Assembly (NCBI GenBank): GCA_951406725.2
Contig: OX597835.1
Coordinates: 4,526,001-4,590,000, forward strand
Direction: 5' to 3'
Source of the DNA: Octopus vulgaris
Lineage: Eukaryota
DNA: 64,000 nucleotides
Shown here: positions 58,721 to 64,000 of the stretch, piece after piece
How positions within the stretch are numbered: the stretch's first letter is position 1
How the letters are laid out: every line of letters begins with the position of its first letter
The notes under the pieces: generated by a model
Told to the model about the DNA's origin: nothing
The model's input: only the letters and a program-made list of their open reading frames with translations
The model's database searches: none
Program-made: the position numbers and the translations under genes

Positions 58721-59413
58721 AGTCGATTATTGATACGGTGAATATCTTACGCCAATCTGAATGGACTTATCACTCGCGACTGCTACCTCCCGTGTCTTTT
58801 ACTGCCACTTTTTACAGCAGCACTGAAGTGTCCTCTCTAGTTTTGCGCAGGCCTGGGCTAGAAATAAGAAAATCCTGGGTAGCCTAATCGTCAGGATTCC
58901 TCTCTCGACCTTGCTGACGTAGTCCAAAGTAGTGCAGTGAATATTTATAATACATTCCAGGGAGTCTCCATTTCAGGTTCTGGAACGGAACACATGCATA
59001 CACAGACAGTCAGACACACACAGACTTATGAAGCACATAATCTGTCTACTAAAGTGACATGCACAAACACAACATGAATGCAAGCTTGTCTATATATACA
59101 AATGTATTCACACACACACATATTACGTGTACTCACACACACACACACGCGCACGCACACACACATATGTACTAACATAAATACATATATGTACTTAGAC
59201 ATCAATCAGTTCACATATCCTCAAACCCCAACACCTCTCTTGATTTAAACAAAAGAGACTTGCCCATTTTGTTGGTGACCGACTTGATTTCTGTGGAGGG
59301 TAAAATACTGAAATATATCCTAAAAGTCATCCTAAATACATACATAATAATATATACATACGTATACATATACATACATATATATTATATATATATTTAC
59401 ATACATATACATA

Positions 59414-59535
<122 letters not shown>

Positions 59536-59538
59536 TAT

Positions 59539-59632
<94 letters not shown>

Positions 59633-60239
59633 TGAGTGGGAGAGGAGACAAAGTACAGACAGACCGGTAGTTCGTAATTGTGATATCATGTTACCGTCAC
59701 TGCACCGGGTGCGTGTCCAAGTCGACTTAATTCATAAACAGATCAATCCGGCTACCCGTAAGTAATTTCTGTCGCATCGCAAGGTCGAAAGAATTTACTG
59801 CTGTAAGCATGGTATCACAATTATCATGGTAACACTGTAATATTTGACATGTTCTAAGAATAATCTTTATGTGCAGATATCTTTCTACAGAAATCTTTTT
59901 TTGCTAAGATTATCCCCGAAATCCTAGCTTATTGTGCCAATTGTAAAAGCGTTCGAACGTTCCATGTAGCAATTTGAGTATCTTTTTTTTATTTGTTCCT
60001 AAGAATCGAACTCTTCATCAGGGGCCAAAAAGTCCTTCGTATTTTCCCTGGTCACGTCGTAATTTGAGGTAAGTCTTTCTCTTCATACAGGTAGTTGTTA
60101 ATTGCTTTCCTTACCGTTTCTGTAGAGTTTATACTCTCCCCCCATGTCAGAGTTTTTCTCAGTGGGTCTTGTGACAGGTTACACTAACCATCCTCCTCCT
60201 TTCGCATCCGATTTTCGGACCCTGAAAACCCGAGAAGAG

Positions 60240-60520
60240 TCAATCTGCACAACCTGCAGGTGACTGTGGCGGAAAGAATAGTGAGACTTGAAGATCATGT
60301 TTTCTAACAATCAGAAGAACGAACACCGAAGACAACTACACAATGGGAATCCCAAGAGGGTCGGATAAAAAGCGAGAGACCCAAGAAAGCATTGCAGTCC
60401 ACCTTTAGAAAGTATCTGGAGCAACTTAGCATCACCTGAGAAGATGTAAGGGACTACGCTCAATACCTGGATTATTGGAGACGTCTTGTTGCCCAATGAA
60501 GGGGTCAACTGTACGAGGGA
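60240..60520 (+). pseudogene. RTE-clade LINE 3' end
   Basis: RLEDHVF*QSEERTPK...W...EGRIKSERPKK...TFRKYLEQLSIT*EDVRDYAQYLDYWRRLVAQ. Confidence 0.65.
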
Positions 60521-60616
60521 ACTAAGAAAACCAACAAGTAAAAAAAAGGTTTTCTTTCGAAAGTCTCCAAACATGGACTCCATTTTATTTTTCACTGTTC
60601 GTTGTTATTGTTGCTG

Positions 60617-60650
<34 letters not shown>

Positions 60651-61832
60651 AGGTGGTGGTGGTGGTGGTGGTGGTAGGGGTGGTGGTGGTTGTTGGTGGG
60701 GATATGTGTGTGTCGGTAATGTAGTTGTTTGTGTTGAATGTGAAAAGTAACGTCACATGACCGATGGTCGTCTGCCAATCAATTGGCCCTTTTCTACTTT
60801 CCAGATCCAAGAGAAGAGTATTTATCATTCTTTTACTCCTCCTTAATTATTTACCATCTTCAAGATGCTGCTTTGAAAATGCGGCAGATAAACAAGTGCT
60901 AGCTATATCCTTAATCTTGTTAAACATCGTAAGAATAAACTCAGTTCGTTTTAACGTTAGTTAAATGCGACCGTTTCTTAAGGGTGTTTTTGCAAAAACT
61001 TAAACAATCTTCTCAGGAAAGATTTCATTGAAAATATTCTTCCTTCGCTATTTCGACTCATAGAGTATTTCTTTATTGTCACAGTAATTTTTACGTTCTC
61101 TGACGGCACTTTACTGATAATGGATGTGGGTACATGATGTAGGAGTAGTGCAGCTGTCGGCGTGGTTATTGTGCAACACAGTAGTTGCAAGGGCTTCGCT
61201 TGTTCTTCAAGTTATTCTTTATCAGAAAAATGTTCACCTGATACCATTTGTGCAGTATTTACATTTCCAGGAATAAAATTACTCTTACCCTTATTCGCAA
61301 AAAATTCCAATAATCGACATTTTTCTTTCGTTCAACAAATGTCTCTTTGTGCTGTAGTTCCTGTATCCAGCATGGTGCCATTCTTTACATATGGCCAACA
61401 GGGAGGTCTTCTTTGACACTTTAATGGCAGTCAACTTGGCCAGTATTGAGTTCAAAACTTCACAACGGCTTTTATATTTCTCTTTTAACTTCAGCTAAAA
61501 ATATTTTGGTTATTTTTCTACACGTTTAGTTTGGGTTTTTCTTCGGTAAGGTTGATGCTGTCGCTTCCAGTCATGACAAATGTCACTACTGTTTTGAATA
61601 AATGATTTCCAAAGTGAATATGATTTGAAGGATAAACTTGCGAAGTTTGGATGTTGCGGCATTAAAGTTGCAGGAAGCGTTCGTTACACATTCGGCGAAT
61701 GGTTTCCTCCACACCAAATATGCAAATGTTTACATCCTGTCCAGCAGAACAATTTTTTCTTCTTCTTCCCTCTCCCTTCCCCTCTTTTTCTTTAACACTT
61801 CTTCCAAATACAAAAACACACACACACACATG

Positions 61833-61864
<32 letters not shown>

Positions 61865-61971
61865 TTCTCCCCATCCATCACCCTCTTGCACTGTCTTATA
61901 TCCCTCCCCACCACTACACACTCAATAACACTATAAAATGGTCAAAACTTTTTTCACAGGAACTTAGTTCG

Positions 61972-62008
61972 ATTTGAAAACTCCACTAGAATGGAAGAAA
62001 GCGCTAAT
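61972..62008 (+). ncRNA. Hammerhead-like motif with U3-A8 core (second copy)
   Basis: at TTGAAAA c tcca ctagaa tgga a GAAA gcgc TA at; the element continues to AATAAA and a TA-rich tail, as at 34452-34592. Confidence 0.45.
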
Positions 62009-62121
62009 ACATGATCTAAGTTATATGATGTATAAAAACATGTAATATACAAATAAATATCTGTAAATATAAAACCATCCGAATTTCTGAGTACCTCATT
62101 TCTTCTAATATACATACATAC

Positions 62122-62213
<92 letters not shown>

Positions 62214-62389
62214 CATACAAATTAAGGACTGAACACGAAAAGTGGACAGTCAACATGCTAGATATAGACGTCAAATCGCCATTCTCCACAAAGAGTATGT
62301 TCTCAAATAAAACTCAGCACAAAACCAAAGCATTGAACAAGACAAATGAAAATATACGAGATAAAATAATTATATATATATATAAATAT

Positions 62390-62426
<37 letters not shown>

Positions 62427-62929
62427 GTATGCATGTATGTATGTATGCGTGTATACAAAGGCTCAAATACAAAAACAAGGACAAGGAGAGAAAAACACTA
62501 GCAAACAACCACCGCCACACTCATCATTTTCTAAACAGGTAAGCTGTGCCCTAAATATAACAGACAGATTAATGGCATCCCGAGCAGACTGGACTATAAA
62601 TAATCCCCTCTACAAGGAGCTCTGCCAACCTGAGCCGGGGCTCGGTCGAATTGATTGTCCAATAATCATTTATTTACAGCGATACAAATAAAATGCTTTG
62701 TACCCGGAAACACAGAAAAACAAACAAGCAAATTAGATCCTGTCTCTTTGTCTTCTTTTTTCTCCCTTCGGTTTGTTTGAGATCCCTTTAGCCGTGGGTT
62801 TTGTTTTCCATTGGAGTGCAGGGTCTTCTATGCTTGGTGTTCAGCTTCCCTTTATACACGGTTCACATATTGATTTATATACATACATACATACATACAT
62901 ACATACGTATATACATACATAGACATACA

Positions 62930-62963
<34 letters not shown>

Positions 62964-63256
62964 CATACATACATACATCCGTACATACATACATACATAC
63001 ATACATACATACATACACACATACATAATACATACATACATAATACATACATACATACATGCATACATACATGCATGCATACATACATACATACATAAAT
63101 ACATACATACATACATGTATGTATTTGAGAGTTCGTAAATGAAAGGTAATATGTCTGTCGACTTAACAGCCTGTCTCTCTCTCTCTTTCTCTCTTTCCCT
63201 CTCTCTCCTTCCTTCTCCCTCCCTCTCTGCATATATACATACATGTGTATGTGCGC

Positions 63257-63291
<35 letters not shown>

Positions 63292-63327
63292 CGCGCACAC
63301 AAGCATACACACATATATATATATATT

Positions 63328-63388
<61 letters not shown>

Positions 63389-64000
63389 ACATATATATAT
63401 ATGTATGTATATATATATATATGTGTATATATATATATCCTGTCATATATGCATGTCTGGGTGTATAATGTACGTACGTATGTATGCATGTATGTATGTA
63501 CTTACGTACGTTCCTATGCATGTTTCTATGTATGTACGTATGTATGAATGTATGTATGCATGCATGTATGTATGTATGTATGTATGTATGCATGTATGTA
63601 TGTATGTATGTATGTATGTATGTATGCATGTATTATGTATGTACGTATGTATGTACGTATGCACGTATGTATGTATGTATGTGTGTATGCATGTAGGTAT
63701 GTGTATGTATATCCTTCATACATCCGACTAGAGTAATCGGTGGTTTGTAATTAATGTCATGTGACCTCATTTGAATGGCCCAACACAAACTGAATAATTT
63801 AACAAGGATACAAGTCCCTGCAGCTCTGTTAATCATGTATGCAAGTCAGAGAGAGGCAGGACAGATCCGACCGACTTTTTAACAGCGACTGAGGCCGTCC
63901 ACATTGTGTTGAAGATTCGAGATCGGGAGAAGGAAAAGAAGAAGGAAGACGAAAAGAACTTTGTGATTTAACAGAACACACACACATACAGACACACATG

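Noticed and set aside
59950-60025. Minus-strand CTGATGA in a repeat-like context
   Set aside because: No properly placed GAAA or stem I; at most a heavily decayed relic.
60960-61600. Possible minus-strand gag/ORF1 relic with a zinc-knuckle-like CW..CKE.H
   Set aside because: Requires frameshifts and is too decayed to call without a search.

Overview
Eukaryotic, extremely microsatellite-rich animal DNA. The tRNA-derived SINE families and the (TA)n/(CA)n/(TACA)n/(TAGA)n load look like Octopus, which is an inference. The only supportable host coding sequence is the terminal homeobox exon of a ladybird/Lbx gene (+, 47832-48229). I could not find its first exon, so most of the upstream 47.8 kb may be intron. 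Almost all other ORFs in the track are microsatellite read-through. The rest is mobile DNA: several SINE families, a DD37E (TRT-type) Tc1-like transposon, a mariner-type MITE, a non-autonomous Helitron, CR1/Jockey-like, RTE and R4/Dong-like LINE fragments, and four Penelope-like element (PLE) coding fragments. The most striking signal is a set of about a dozen minimal type-I hammerhead ribozyme (HHR) motifs in short, mostly (TA)n-embedded PLE-type termini. Several families each have their own palindromic stem III and their own catalytic-core variant (C3-G8, G3-C8, U3-A8, U4C, A6U), and some sit inside fold-back palindromes. All structures were read by eye; no folding or database search was run.
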